This document shows positions 38,197 to 46,971 of a DNA stretch of 64,000 nt, piece after piece (position 1 is the first letter of the stretch; every line of letters begins with the position of its first letter). The notes under the pieces are model-generated. The model had not been told where the DNA came from, searched no databases, and worked only from the letters and a program-made list of their open reading frames with translations. The stretch covers positions 304,564-368,563 of the forward strand of contig CAYSUJ010000001.1 in the NCBI GenBank assembly GCA_964434285.1. Direction: 5' to 3'. This stretch comes from an uncultured Candidatus Saccharibacteria bacterium (GTDB taxonomy: Bacteria > Patescibacteriota > Minisyncoccia > Phycocordibacterales > UBA2100). The position numbers and the translations under genes are program-made.

Positions 38197-38230
38197 TCTG
38201 ACTTTTCAAACCATGGTTTGAAAAGTTAGA
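38197..38230. repeat. perfect palindrome
   Basis: ACTTTTCAAACCATGGTTTGAAAAGT (26 bp perfect), extended by TCTG/TAGA. Confidence 0.75.
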
Positions 38231-38236
38231 CGAGAG

Positions 38237-38902
38237 CTAGAGCTCGTACGAGCCGATGAGTTCGGCGTTTACAACAAAGCGTGACGATTTTGATGTGAGC
38301 GTGTCACAGGTGACGATCGTGAGGCGGTTGCCTTCGCGCGAGAGATCGATAATGCCTTCTTCGGCGTTCACTGTCTTTACTGAGAGTACGCGATACGTAA
38401 AAGTCTTCCCGCCTCCATCCACCTCAATCACATCTCCGGCTTCGAGTTCGGGAATGCGGTTGAACGCTTTGTACATTTGGTTGTGCACGACCGGCAGATG
38501 CGAGGAGTGACCGAAGAGGAGCACGTTCCCTTTTTCACCGAGGAGTGCGGAATCGACGTAGCGGGCCGGGCCGTCTTTTAGATACTCATCAAGCTTCGCA
38601 ATGTCGCGCGTATCGGGATTCGAGAGTGGAAGATTGAGATCAATGGCGGAAATACGCACGCGCGTCGGTAAAACGCCTTGCACGTCCTCCTCCACCGGTT
38701 CTGGCGCAGCTGCTTCCTGCGCGGCAATTTCTTCTCCAAGCTCAGGAAGTTCTGCGATGGAAACGACGCGACGCGGCTCAGTTCCATCAATGTAATACGG
38801 AACAAAACCAACGGAACTCGCGGCGGAGAGCGCCAAAAAGAAAACGACCACACTCGTAGCGAGGAAGACCGAGAATGGCGGCTTGGTAGGAGTGTTTTTC
38901 AT
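38237..38902 (-). CDS. sortase
   Basis: N-terminal TM; PTRVRI.AI.L, GNVLLFGHSS (His), LTIVTC (Cys), SRFVV (Arg). Confidence 0.88.
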   Translation of the reverse strand: MKNTPTKPPFSVFLATSVVVFFLALSAASSVGFVPYYIDGTEPRRVVSIAELPELGEEIAAQEAAAPEPVEEDVQGVLPTRVRISAIDLNLPLSNPDTRDIAKLDEYLKDGPARYVDSALLGEKGNVLLFGHSSHLPVVHNQMYKAFNRIPELEAGDVIEVDGGGKTFTYRVLSVKTVNAEEGIIDLSREGNRLTIVTCDTLTSKSSRFVVNAELIGSYEL

Positions 38903-39183
38903 CTCGTTAGAGATAGGAAGCGCTTCAATCGGTTCTTTATATAACGCTTTCCCATACCAGATTTTAAGTATATTTCTCTCGACCTTGCATCGGACTCGTT
39001 CCGACACATTTCATAATAAATTATCTCGAACGGACCACGATGCTTTGTCGAAACGTTCGTGCCTCGACTATGTTCCAAGAAGCGCTTCCGCAAATCGTTC
39101 GTTGATCCCGTGTACATCTTCCCATCTTTCAAGCTACGAAGCACATACACATACCAGCTCGCATAATCTCTAACGGGATTCAC
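38899..39183 (-). CDS. GIY-YIG nuclease flanked by 14-bp inverted repeats
   Basis: YVYVLRS...MYTGSTNDLRKRF.EH..G...TK.R.P...YYE...ARSRE.YLKSG.G; TTGACA-17-CACAAT 6 nt before GTG. Confidence 0.88.
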   Translation of the reverse strand: MNPVRDYASWYVYVLRSLKDGKMYTGSTNDLRKRFLEHSRGTNVSTKHRGPFEIIYYEMCRNESDARSREIYLKSGMGKRYIKNRLKRFLSLTR

Positions 39184-39245
39184 GTCTATATTGTGCCGTA
39201 ACTCTGTACTCTTGTCAATCCCGCAGAGTGTGGTATAAAGGCGGC

Positions 39246-40205
39246 ATGAGCGACTCACACGAGAGCCAGAGCCCCGGCCTTCTGGCGAATATTCTAGCGG
39301 TTGCCGGCTTTATTATCCTTATCGTCATAATCGTTTGGGGTGCGTATCATCTTCTCCGACTTACAGGAGCAGGGATCTCTTCCCTCTTCTCGAGCGCGGG
39401 AACGGAAATTAAAATCACGACACCGACGACACCGGTTGAATCAGGCAAGGCATTCCCTCTCGCATGGGATTACACGCCGAGCGAAGCCGGAAGCTTCGCG
39501 GTTTTGTATCAGTGCAAAACAGGATTCCGATTTGAGACCAACGCTCCAGCGCGTGCTGCGCTTCCTTGCGGAAACGCGATCACCGTGGGTGCAGATAAAA
39601 CCATCAACCTCGTCCCTGTGCTCTCGGGCACGACGACCATGGACATACCTGTCTCAGTCGTCTTCGTCCCAGCGGCCACGAGTTCGACGGAACGCCCCCA
39701 GGGTGCAACAACCGTAAAGGTGAATGCAGTCTCTGGCACAGCGGCAACTACGACGACAAAGCCAACCACAAACGCTAAGCCAGCGGCCGCAGCTCCTCGC
39801 CCTGCTGGAAAGCCCGATCTCTCAGTTCGCATCCTTTCGGTGGGCACGGTGAACGCTGTTTCCGGCATGATAGAAAATCGCTATCCTGGTCCTGAAGAAA
39901 TTGCTGCCGTACAATTTGACGTCGCAAACAATGGCACGGGCTCGACCGGAAGCTACTCGTTCACAGTGAATCTCCCTGTGCAGGGCGGGTACGTCTACAC
40001 CTCGCCCACACAAAGCTCTCTCACGCCAGGGTCGCACATCGTGAACACACTTCGCTTCAAGCCGGTCCAGAGCGGCGGCGGTACGGTCACAATCTCTGTT
40101 GACCCGTACGGCACAGTATCTGAATCAAACGAAAGTAACAATACGGGCGCCATCTTCATCGGCGCACCTGTGTGGAGCGGTTTGTACGCACCGTACGTGT
40201 ACTAG
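39246..40205 (+). CDS. membrane-anchored protein with CARDB-like domain
   Basis: N-terminal TM; PDLSV...V.NNGT...VDP...V.ESNESNN. Confidence 0.8.
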   Translation: MSDSHESQSPGLLANILAVAGFIILIVIIVWGAYHLLRLTGAGISSLFSSAGTEIKITTPTTPVESGKAFPLAWDYTPSEAGSFAVLYQCKTGFRFETNAPARAALPCGNAITVGADKTINLVPVLSGTTTMDIPVSVVFVPAATSSTERPQGATTVKVNAVSGTAATTTTKPTTNAKPAAAAPRPAGKPDLSVRILSVGTVNAVSGMIENRYPGPEEIAAVQFDVANNGTGSTGSYSFTVNLPVQGGYVYTSPTQSSLTPGSHIVNTLRFKPVQSGGGTVTISVDPYGTVSESNESNNTGAIFIGAPVWSGLYAPYVY

Positions 40206-41296
40206 CGATTCTCTTTGATCCGCGTAACCCAGCCCGGCGCCTCACTAAGCGACCGGGCTTTGTTACAGGCATCTTTTAGAACGTCAACGCCTTGCACAAA
40301 CCCCATAGCTGAGGAAAGGCCTTTCTGTTGAGTGTTTGGCACACTACTCCAATGGACAGTGCCAAAAAAGGGACCGCTGGCGCGATAGCCACCACGAACC
40401 CACGGTGCAACAACTGCACCCGACATCCCTTGTGCTGGCAAGGTGCCGTCATCATTCTTTGTTGCATCTCCGGGTTGCAGCGGCATCATGAAAGTGGATG
40501 CGAATTGAGAGCTGAGCCAGTCACGCGCATCCGGAGAAGTCTTGAATATTTTTTGATACAGGATGGGAGACATTTTGATTAGAAAAGAGATGCGCATAAG
40601 GGGCTTCCCTAGGCGCTTGCCCTGCAATACAACCATCTTGCCCTGAACATCTTTATCCGACAGAGAAGTATCAAGCGTGAGTGCAGGCCCCCTGTAATGC
40701 GGCTCGTATCGCACCGCAATATCCGCCACGTTGTAACCGGGAGTAAAGAATTGATTCTCTTCAAGTTTCCCCTCGACACAGTGTTTTGCGGTCGCAAAAA
40801 AACTTTCTCCGTTTAACGCAACATGATACCCGCCGCAATGGCTCTCTTTGACGCCACCGTCTTTCAGACGCGCATGAAACTTAACTGAAGTTGCACCGTG
40901 GAAATGGCTGAGTGGCGGCACCTTGCGCCGAAGGGTCTCTGTTTGGTCGCCGTACATGTCCGGAAAATGCTGTGCAACTTCAAGGTGTTCTATTACGCGG
41001 TTGATATAGCGCAAAACCCGGCCAGCGGCTTCAAGCGAAGAATTAGGATCATCAAAAATGCGCGAATACCTGCCGCCCGGCGCGAGTCCGTTTTCCACAT
41101 CACGTATTGCCTCATCGAGCCCCTCGGGACTCACAACCATCTCTGGGCGAGTTTTTGCATGCACACTTTCGCTGTGACGAAGATCACCCTTCGTCTGAGC
41201 CTGGACGTCGGGTGCACCAGAAAGTGCTGCGGCTGCCACCGCTGCACGAAATGCATTGCGAACAGTTTTTCTCTTTGAAAGTCTATCAAGACCCAT
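40202..41296 (-). CDS. putative trypsin-like serine protease, exported
   Basis: ATAKHC (His), ADIAV (Asp), GMSG (Ser); basic then Ala-rich leader. Confidence 0.6.
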   Translation of the reverse strand: MGLDRLSKRKTVRNAFRAAVAAAALSGAPDVQAQTKGDLRHSESVHAKTRPEMVVSPEGLDEAIRDVENGLAPGGRYSRIFDDPNSSLEAAGRVLRYINRVIEHLEVAQHFPDMYGDQTETLRRKVPPLSHFHGATSVKFHARLKDGGVKESHCGGYHVALNGESFFATAKHCVEGKLEENQFFTPGYNVADIAVRYEPHYRGPALTLDTSLSDKDVQGKMVVLQGKRLGKPLMRISFLIKMSPILYQKIFKTSPDARDWLSSQFASTFMMPLQPGDATKNDDGTLPAQGMSGAVVAPWVRGGYRASGPFFGTVHWSSVPNTQQKGLSSAMGFVQGVDVLKDACNKARSLSEAPGWVTRIKENR

Positions 41297-41304
41297 CGCG
41301 GTAA

Positions 41305-43329
41305 TTATATATCAAGCGTCGCCTCCTTGGCGTTCGATTGTATGAATGTCTTTCGGGATGAGACGTCGGTACCCATGAGGATGTCGAAGGTGCGATCGGC
41401 ATCTTGTGCGTCCTCAATTGAAACGAGTTTAAGAACGCGGCGAGCGGGATCCATGGTGGTTTCCCACAATTCCTCTGGATTCATTTCTCCGAGACCCTTG
41501 TAGCGTTGGACAGAAATTTTTGGAGTGCGTTTTGCTTTCGTTTCAACCTCAGCTTCCTCCTCCTCTTCAGAAATATTCTCTTCGGATTCAAGCGGGATAT
41601 CCGCGCCAGCAACCTTCTTCTTCTCGTCGTCGGAATATGCATAGTGCACCTCCTTCCCTTTCTTGATTTTGTAGAGCGGCGGTTGCGCAATGAAGAGGTA
41701 CCCCCCTTCAATGATTTGGCGGAAATGGCGGAAGAAAAGCGTGAGAAGGAGCGTGCGGATGTGCGCACCGTCCACGTCGGCATCGGTTGCGATGATGATC
41801 TTGTGGTAGCGCAGTTTTTCTGGTGAGAATGCGTCGCCGATACCGGTACCCATCGCAACAATGAGCGCCTTGATTTCGTCAGAGGAAAGCATGCGATCGA
41901 GACGTGCGCGCTCGACGTTCAAGATTTTTCCGCGGAGTGGGAGGATTGCCTGTGTACGGCGATCACGCCCTTGTTTTGAACTACCTCCCGCTGAATCTCC
42001 CTCCACAATAAAGACTTCGGCCTCTTCCGGATTGCGAACCTGACAATCGGCGAGCTTACCCGGAAGCGAGAGGCCTTCAAGTGCACCTTTGCGCAGCACG
42101 GATTCTTTCGCGGCTTTCGCCGCTTTGCGCGCCTTCATGGCGAGGGTTGCCTTGCCGATGATCGCTCGCATGTCGTCGGGATGTTCTTCCAAGAAGGTGC
42201 TGAACGCCTCGGCGAAGACCGTTTCTGTCGCACCGCGCGCTTCGACGGAGCCAAGCTTGCCTTTCGTTTGCCCTTCAAACTGGATTTCTCTGAGCTTCAC
42301 AGAAACGACCGCTGTGAGACCTTCGAGAACGTCGTCTCCGGTGAATGAGTCGCCCTCTTTGCCATTTCCGCTCTTTGCGGCGTTATTGAGTGTACGCGTG
42401 AGTGCGGTTTTGAAGCCCGTGATATGTGTGCCGCCCTCGGCGTTATAAATATTGTTCGCAAATGCAGAGACGCGTGAAGAGATGTCGTCGACGTACTGCA
42501 GGGCCACTTCAACCATCACATCATCTTGCTCTTTCTCGACGTAGAAGATGTTTTTATGCACGGGAGTCTGGTGGCGATTTTGGAACGAGACGAGAGATTT
42601 GAGACCGCCTTCGAAGTAGAACGTGGTTGATGGCGCATCAATTCCGAGATCGCGTAGGTAGATCGTTTCCGTGTCATCAAACTTCGCAGCTTCTCGGAGA
42701 TCTAAGACCGTGATGCGAAGTCCCTTCACGAGATATGCCTGCTGACGGAGATGCGCGACAACGGTGTCATAGCTGAATTCGGTGCCTTCTTTGAAGATCT
42801 CGGCGTCTGGTGCGAAGGTGATGATGGTTCCCGTTGCTTTCGAGGCACCTTCTTTCTTCGTTTTACCAACGGGCTTTCCGCCGTTCTTGTATTCTTGGAC
42901 GTGCCTGCCACCGTCGCGGTGCACTTCCGCGCGCACATGTGTCGAGAGCGCGTTCACGACGGACACACCGACGCCGTGCAGACCGCCAGAGACTTTGTAG
43001 CCTTCACCACCGAACTTACCACCGGCGTGGAGCACCGTGAGCACGGTTTCGAGTGCAGAAACCTTCGTCTTCGGATGGATATCAACGGGGATTCCGCGAC
43101 CATTATCGGCGACACGCACACGGTTCCCGGGGAGAAGCGCGACTTCAATATCATTTGCAAAGCCACCCATCGCCTCGTCGCGTGAGTTGTCGAAGACTTC
43201 CCAGATAAGGTGGTGAAGGCCGCTGGGGCCCGTGGTACCGATGTACATGCCCGGGCGGCGACGTACCGCCTCAAGCCCCTCCAAGACCGTAATATCAGCC
43301 GCCCCGTAGGAGCTTTTCTTTTCTGCCAT
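41305..43329 (-). CDS. gyrB: DNA gyrase subunit B (type IIA topoisomerase B subunit)
   Basis: EAVRRRPGMYIG, DNGRGIP, SGGLHGVG, VEGDSAGG, PLRGKILN, TDADVDGAHI, QRYKGLGEMN. Confidence 0.95.
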   Translation of the reverse strand: MAEKKSSYGAADITVLEGLEAVRRRPGMYIGTTGPSGLHHLIWEVFDNSRDEAMGGFANDIEVALLPGNRVRVADNGRGIPVDIHPKTKVSALETVLTVLHAGGKFGGEGYKVSGGLHGVGVSVVNALSTHVRAEVHRDGGRHVQEYKNGGKPVGKTKKEGASKATGTIITFAPDAEIFKEGTEFSYDTVVAHLRQQAYLVKGLRITVLDLREAAKFDDTETIYLRDLGIDAPSTTFYFEGGLKSLVSFQNRHQTPVHKNIFYVEKEQDDVMVEVALQYVDDISSRVSAFANNIYNAEGGTHITGFKTALTRTLNNAAKSGNGKEGDSFTGDDVLEGLTAVVSVKLREIQFEGQTKGKLGSVEARGATETVFAEAFSTFLEEHPDDMRAIIGKATLAMKARKAAKAAKESVLRKGALEGLSLPGKLADCQVRNPEEAEVFIVEGDSAGGSSKQGRDRRTQAILPLRGKILNVERARLDRMLSSDEIKALIVAMGTGIGDAFSPEKLRYHKIIIATDADVDGAHIRTLLLTLFFRHFRQIIEGGYLFIAQPPLYKIKKGKEVHYAYSDDEKKKVAGADIPLESEENISEEEEEAEVETKAKRTPKISVQRYKGLGEMNPEELWETTMDPARRVLKLVSIEDAQDADRTFDILMGTDVSSRKTFIQSNAKEATLDI

Positions 43330-43405
43330 AGCCTGAGGATTATATCAGAAAAAGGGTATTTCCAGAAGCAAGTTATCCTATTTTAAGGGGCTCTGTTGAG
43401 CCACT

Positions 43406-45199
43406 TTAGCGCACCTCAAAGCCATGTTCCGTAACTGCCGCATACACTGCATCCATATGCGGTTTTACTTCGTCGTCAGTGAGTGTTTTTTCGAATGATT
43501 GGAAGACGAGTCGAAGAGCGAGTGAACGACGACCATGTTTAGGGCTCACGAATTCATCAAGTACGTCAATACGTTGTAACAAATTACCCGCATGAGATTC
43601 TACGAAATCATAAGCTTCTCCAGCATCTTTCATGCTTGGGGGAACCCACATTGAAATATCGCGCGTAATGGAAGGAAATCGAGAGAAGGGCTGATAGCGT
43701 TCGGTCGCTGAGAGTGGTAGGGTTTCGTACATATCAGTGTTCCTTACATACATCGAGAGCGGATCCTCCTTTGCCGATTCTGTCTCACTCACAATCCGCG
43801 CCATAACCTTTTCTTCACCACCCGTCCATACCGTCCCAATTTCAAAGATTTTTACTTCCTTGAGACCGAGTAAATCTTTGTTCTGAACATTTTTTTTCAG
43901 AGCTTCGTTCAGACCATGCGTGAGCGTGGAGCGAAGATATGGTCGTACGCTGTCCACTTTATTCAAAACTGCACGTTCGCCCTCATCCTGAAAGACTGAG
44001 GTAATGACTTCAGAGTAGCCGAGTGCGGTGAGCTCTTCGCGCACGCGCTCTGACGCAGCAAAATTTTGATTTACGGGGACGACATCGGAAAGAGTTGGTA
44101 GCTCGTGAGCAGGCACTGAGTCGTAGCCGATGATACGCCCCACTTCTTCCACAAGGTCTTCGGATATTTCCAAATCCAGTCGTTCGAAAGGTACGATGAC
44201 GGAGAATGAATCCCCCGCTATCCGGTGAGCAAAGCCAAGACGCGTAAAGACATCCGCGACCTGCTCGCGCGAAAGTGAAAGGTCAAGGGTATTGTTGATG
44301 TGAGCGAGCGAGATTTCGAGCTCTCGCTTCTCCGCAGGCTGAGGGTACGCATCGACGAACCCTACAATTTCCCCGCCCGCGAGTTTAACGATGAGATCCG
44401 CAGCCGCGCGCATACCGTAGGCGGCAAGCTCGGGAGAAATCACTTGTTCAAAGCGCTGCGAAGCGTCAGTGCGGAGACCGAGCGCCTTTGCAGTCTTGCG
44501 TACCGACGCGCCGTCGAAATTCGCACTCTCAAGGATGATATGGGTTGTCGCTTCCGTAATGCCAGCTGCCTCCCCACCCTTCACGCCTGCCACTCCAATC
44601 CCCACATCCGCATGCTTGTCTGCGATCACAAGCATGTCAGACGTAAGCGTGTATTCTTTCGCGTCGAGGGCGAGAATTTTTTCGCCTTCTTTTGCACGGC
44701 GAATCTCTATCGCATTGGCATCACCCCTTGCCGCGAGCTTCGCCGTATCGAATGCATGGAGCGGCTGGCCAATGTTGAACATGACAAAGTTCGTCGCATC
44801 GACGACGTTGTTGATGGATTTTTGGCCCATTGCTGCGAGTCTTTCTATGAGCCATGACGGCGATGGACCAACATGCACGCCCTTGATGACCCCGCCGATA
44901 TAGCGAAGACATCGTTCGTCCTCGATGTGCACTTTCAAAGCACCTGTCTGTGGTAACTGCGGCTTCTCTGCCAAGGGGTCGCTTGCGAGTGGAACATTAA
45001 GAATAGCGGAAACCTCCCTCGCAATGCCGCGATACGAGAGACAGTCGTGCCCGCGATTCGGTGTAATTTTGACGTCTAGTATGTCGCCCTCAACCGATTC
45101 AATTTCGAAAGCATGGAATGTGAGTGCGTCTGCGAGTTCCTGTGTACTCGGAAGCGGTACTTCGAAATATTTCTGAAGCCAGTCGCGAGAGATTTTCAT
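43406..45199 (-). CDS. pheT: phenylalanyl-tRNA synthetase beta subunit (short, no B2 OB domain)
   Basis: MKISRDWL, ITPNRGHDCLS..GIARE, NNVVDATN, GQPLHAFD, DLVEEVGR, C-terminal FDX-ACB. Confidence 0.95.
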   Translation of the reverse strand: MKISRDWLQKYFEVPLPSTQELADALTFHAFEIESVEGDILDVKITPNRGHDCLSYRGIAREVSAILNVPLASDPLAEKPQLPQTGALKVHIEDERCLRYIGGVIKGVHVGPSPSWLIERLAAMGQKSINNVVDATNFVMFNIGQPLHAFDTAKLAARGDANAIEIRRAKEGEKILALDAKEYTLTSDMLVIADKHADVGIGVAGVKGGEAAGITEATTHIILESANFDGASVRKTAKALGLRTDASQRFEQVISPELAAYGMRAAADLIVKLAGGEIVGFVDAYPQPAEKRELEISLAHINNTLDLSLSREQVADVFTRLGFAHRIAGDSFSVIVPFERLDLEISEDLVEEVGRIIGYDSVPAHELPTLSDVVPVNQNFAASERVREELTALGYSEVITSVFQDEGERAVLNKVDSVRPYLRSTLTHGLNEALKKNVQNKDLLGLKEVKIFEIGTVWTGGEEKVMARIVSETESAKEDPLSMYVRNTDMYETLPLSATERYQPFSRFPSITRDISMWVPPSMKDAGEAYDFVESHAGNLLQRIDVLDEFVSPKHGRRSLALRLVFQSFEKTLTDDEVKPHMDAVYAAVTEHGFEVR

Positions 45200-45212
45200 A
45201 GACGTCCTAGAT

Positions 45213-45944
45213 TTAAAATTGATTGACGAACCGCAGATCAGCAGAGTGCATAAGACGAATATCGTCAATTCCCCAGCGAAGCATGGCGAGGCGATCGAGC
45301 CCCATACCGAAGGCAAAGCCATGATACTTTTCCGAGTCGATCCCGGCATTTTTGAGCACATTGGGATGTATCATCCCCGCACCCATCATTTCAATCCACT
45401 TGTCACGAAGTTTCTCGGGAACGTGTTCGCCCACGAGACGCATATCCACCTCGACCGACGGCTCAGTAAACGGGAAGAAGCTTGGGCGAAATCGAATCTC
45501 AACCGATGCGCCTTTAAAAAGTTCCTTGAAAAATCGTTCAAGCGTTCCCTTCAGGTGCGCCATCGTAATGTCTTCGCCGACGGCAAACCCCTCGATTTGG
45601 AAAAACTCCGCCTCGTGCGTCATATCGGTTGCTTCGTTTCGGAAGACTTTCCCGGGCACGATGACGCGATACGGTGGCATAACGCCTTTTTTCACTTGTT
45701 CCTCCATATAGCGGATTTGTACCGGTGAGGTGTGCGTGCGAAGAACTTTCCCCGGTTCGTCCTTGATGAAAAAGGTATCCTGCATGTCGCGAGCTGGGTG
45801 GTTTTTCGGCACATTGAGCGCATCGAAATTATGCCACTCGTCTTCGAGGAGTGGCCCCTCCGCAAACACGAATCCCATACGGGAGAATATGTGATTTGCC
45901 TCACGGATGAGGCTTGAGATGGGGTGTATGTGCCCTCGTTGCAT
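45213..45944 (-). CDS. pheS: phenylalanyl-tRNA synthetase alpha subunit (no N-terminal coiled coil)
   Basis: GHIHPI, HPARDMQDTF, LRTHTSPVQ, FPFTEPS, GFAFGMGLDRL. Confidence 0.96.
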   Translation of the reverse strand: MQRGHIHPISSLIREANHIFSRMGFVFAEGPLLEDEWHNFDALNVPKNHPARDMQDTFFIKDEPGKVLRTHTSPVQIRYMEEQVKKGVMPPYRVIVPGKVFRNEATDMTHEAEFFQIEGFAVGEDITMAHLKGTLERFFKELFKGASVEIRFRPSFFPFTEPSVEVDMRLVGEHVPEKLRDKWIEMMGAGMIHPNVLKNAGIDSEKYHGFAFGMGLDRLAMLRWGIDDIRLMHSADLRFVNQF

Positions 45945-46030
45945 ACACGAGAGTATACCCCCACACTTATTTTCCTGAAAGAAAATAAATGTGGGGGGTA
46001 TAGCGTTTCCTTCTCCAGCCACTAACCAAC

Positions 46031-46145
46031 TGAGAGAAATGCGGGGAGTACCTCACGAGAGGCCCCGCAGCTGGCGAGGATCTGCCCGTTTTTCAAGCTT
46101 GAAAAACGGGTTTACCCGAGGGAGGTACTCCCCGCATTTCTCCCA
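46031..46145 (-). repeat. structured dispersed element / candidate ncRNA, copy 2
   Basis: GAGAAATGCGGGGAGTAC...GTACTCCCCGCATTTCTC outer stem; same core as 5689-5816. Confidence 0.7.
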
Positions 46146-46970
46146 CTACAACCCCCCCACTTCGTAAAGTGCTTCCCCGGATTTGATGATGAGTGCCCCG
46201 TCAATAATGCGCATGTCCGTTTTTTCTGCACCATAGATTTGAGCAGCGATTGGCGTCGCACGAATATCAATCTCAGCAAAATAAATGCCGCCCTCTTTCG
46301 TGCGGTAGACGACACCACTTCCAAAGAAGCGCGCATCAATCGCCTCGCCCCCGAATCGCTTTATCGAAACCTCAGATTCGCAGAGAGACGGACTCGGACA
46401 AAAAGCGGCCGGCGGTTGTCCGTCTTCCGTCCAACGTGCGAGCACGTCACCGTCTTCAAGGACAAGCGTCACACCGCCTCGCTCGTCGAGCGGCAGTGTT
46501 GTGGTGGCCGTTGATGTCGCAAAGGCAGCGCGCATAGTTGTGTTCAGTGCCTCCGACACAATGCGCGTCCCGGTCGCAGAACCCGAAAGAACGAGCTCGG
46601 TGAGCGTTATTTCTTCAGGAAGCAACACGGCGTCGGCACTCGTGACGAGCTGCGGCTCGACGATGAGTATTCTTCTCCATGGTCGCGCTCCGTCTCGCTC
46701 AACCCGAACCGCATACGCGGCAGGAGCAAGATCATCGACGTAAAACGAGCGCTGAAGAAAACCAGTCTCACCAATCCGTTCGTCGTCGACAATAACGCGC
46801 GCATCAGGGTATGGCACCGAAATGTAAATACCGCCCGTTTTTACGATTCCGACGCCCGGTTCGAAACGCCATCCATCCGCATAGAAAATCGTAATGGGAA
46901 GACCAACGACAAAAATCAGCGAGAATACAGTGAGATACAAACGACGGCGAGAGCGTGGGAGAGGTTCCAT
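46146..46970 (-). CDS. membrane-anchored PEGA-like domain protein
   Basis: N-terminal TM, GWRF...KTGGIYI...PDARV.VD...L.PAAY.VRVERDG..PW. Confidence 0.7.
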   Translation of the reverse strand: MEPLPRSRRRLYLTVFSLIFVVGLPITIFYADGWRFEPGVGIVKTGGIYISVPYPDARVIVDDERIGETGFLQRSFYVDDLAPAAYAVRVERDGARPWRRILIVEPQLVTSADAVLLPEEITLTELVLSGSATGTRIVSEALNTTMRAAFATSTATTTLPLDERGGVTLVLEDGDVLARWTEDGQPPAAFCPSPSLCESEVSIKRFGGEAIDARFFGSGVVYRTKEGGIYFAEIDIRATPIAAQIYGAEKTDMRIIDGALIIKSGEALYEVGGL

Positions 46971-46971
46971 A

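Noticed and set aside
37691-38209. N-terminal half of the 312-aa ORF 37271..38209
   Set aside because: It overlaps the recognisable DUF962 gene in another frame and crosses its terminator; an SD-led start exists at 37690.
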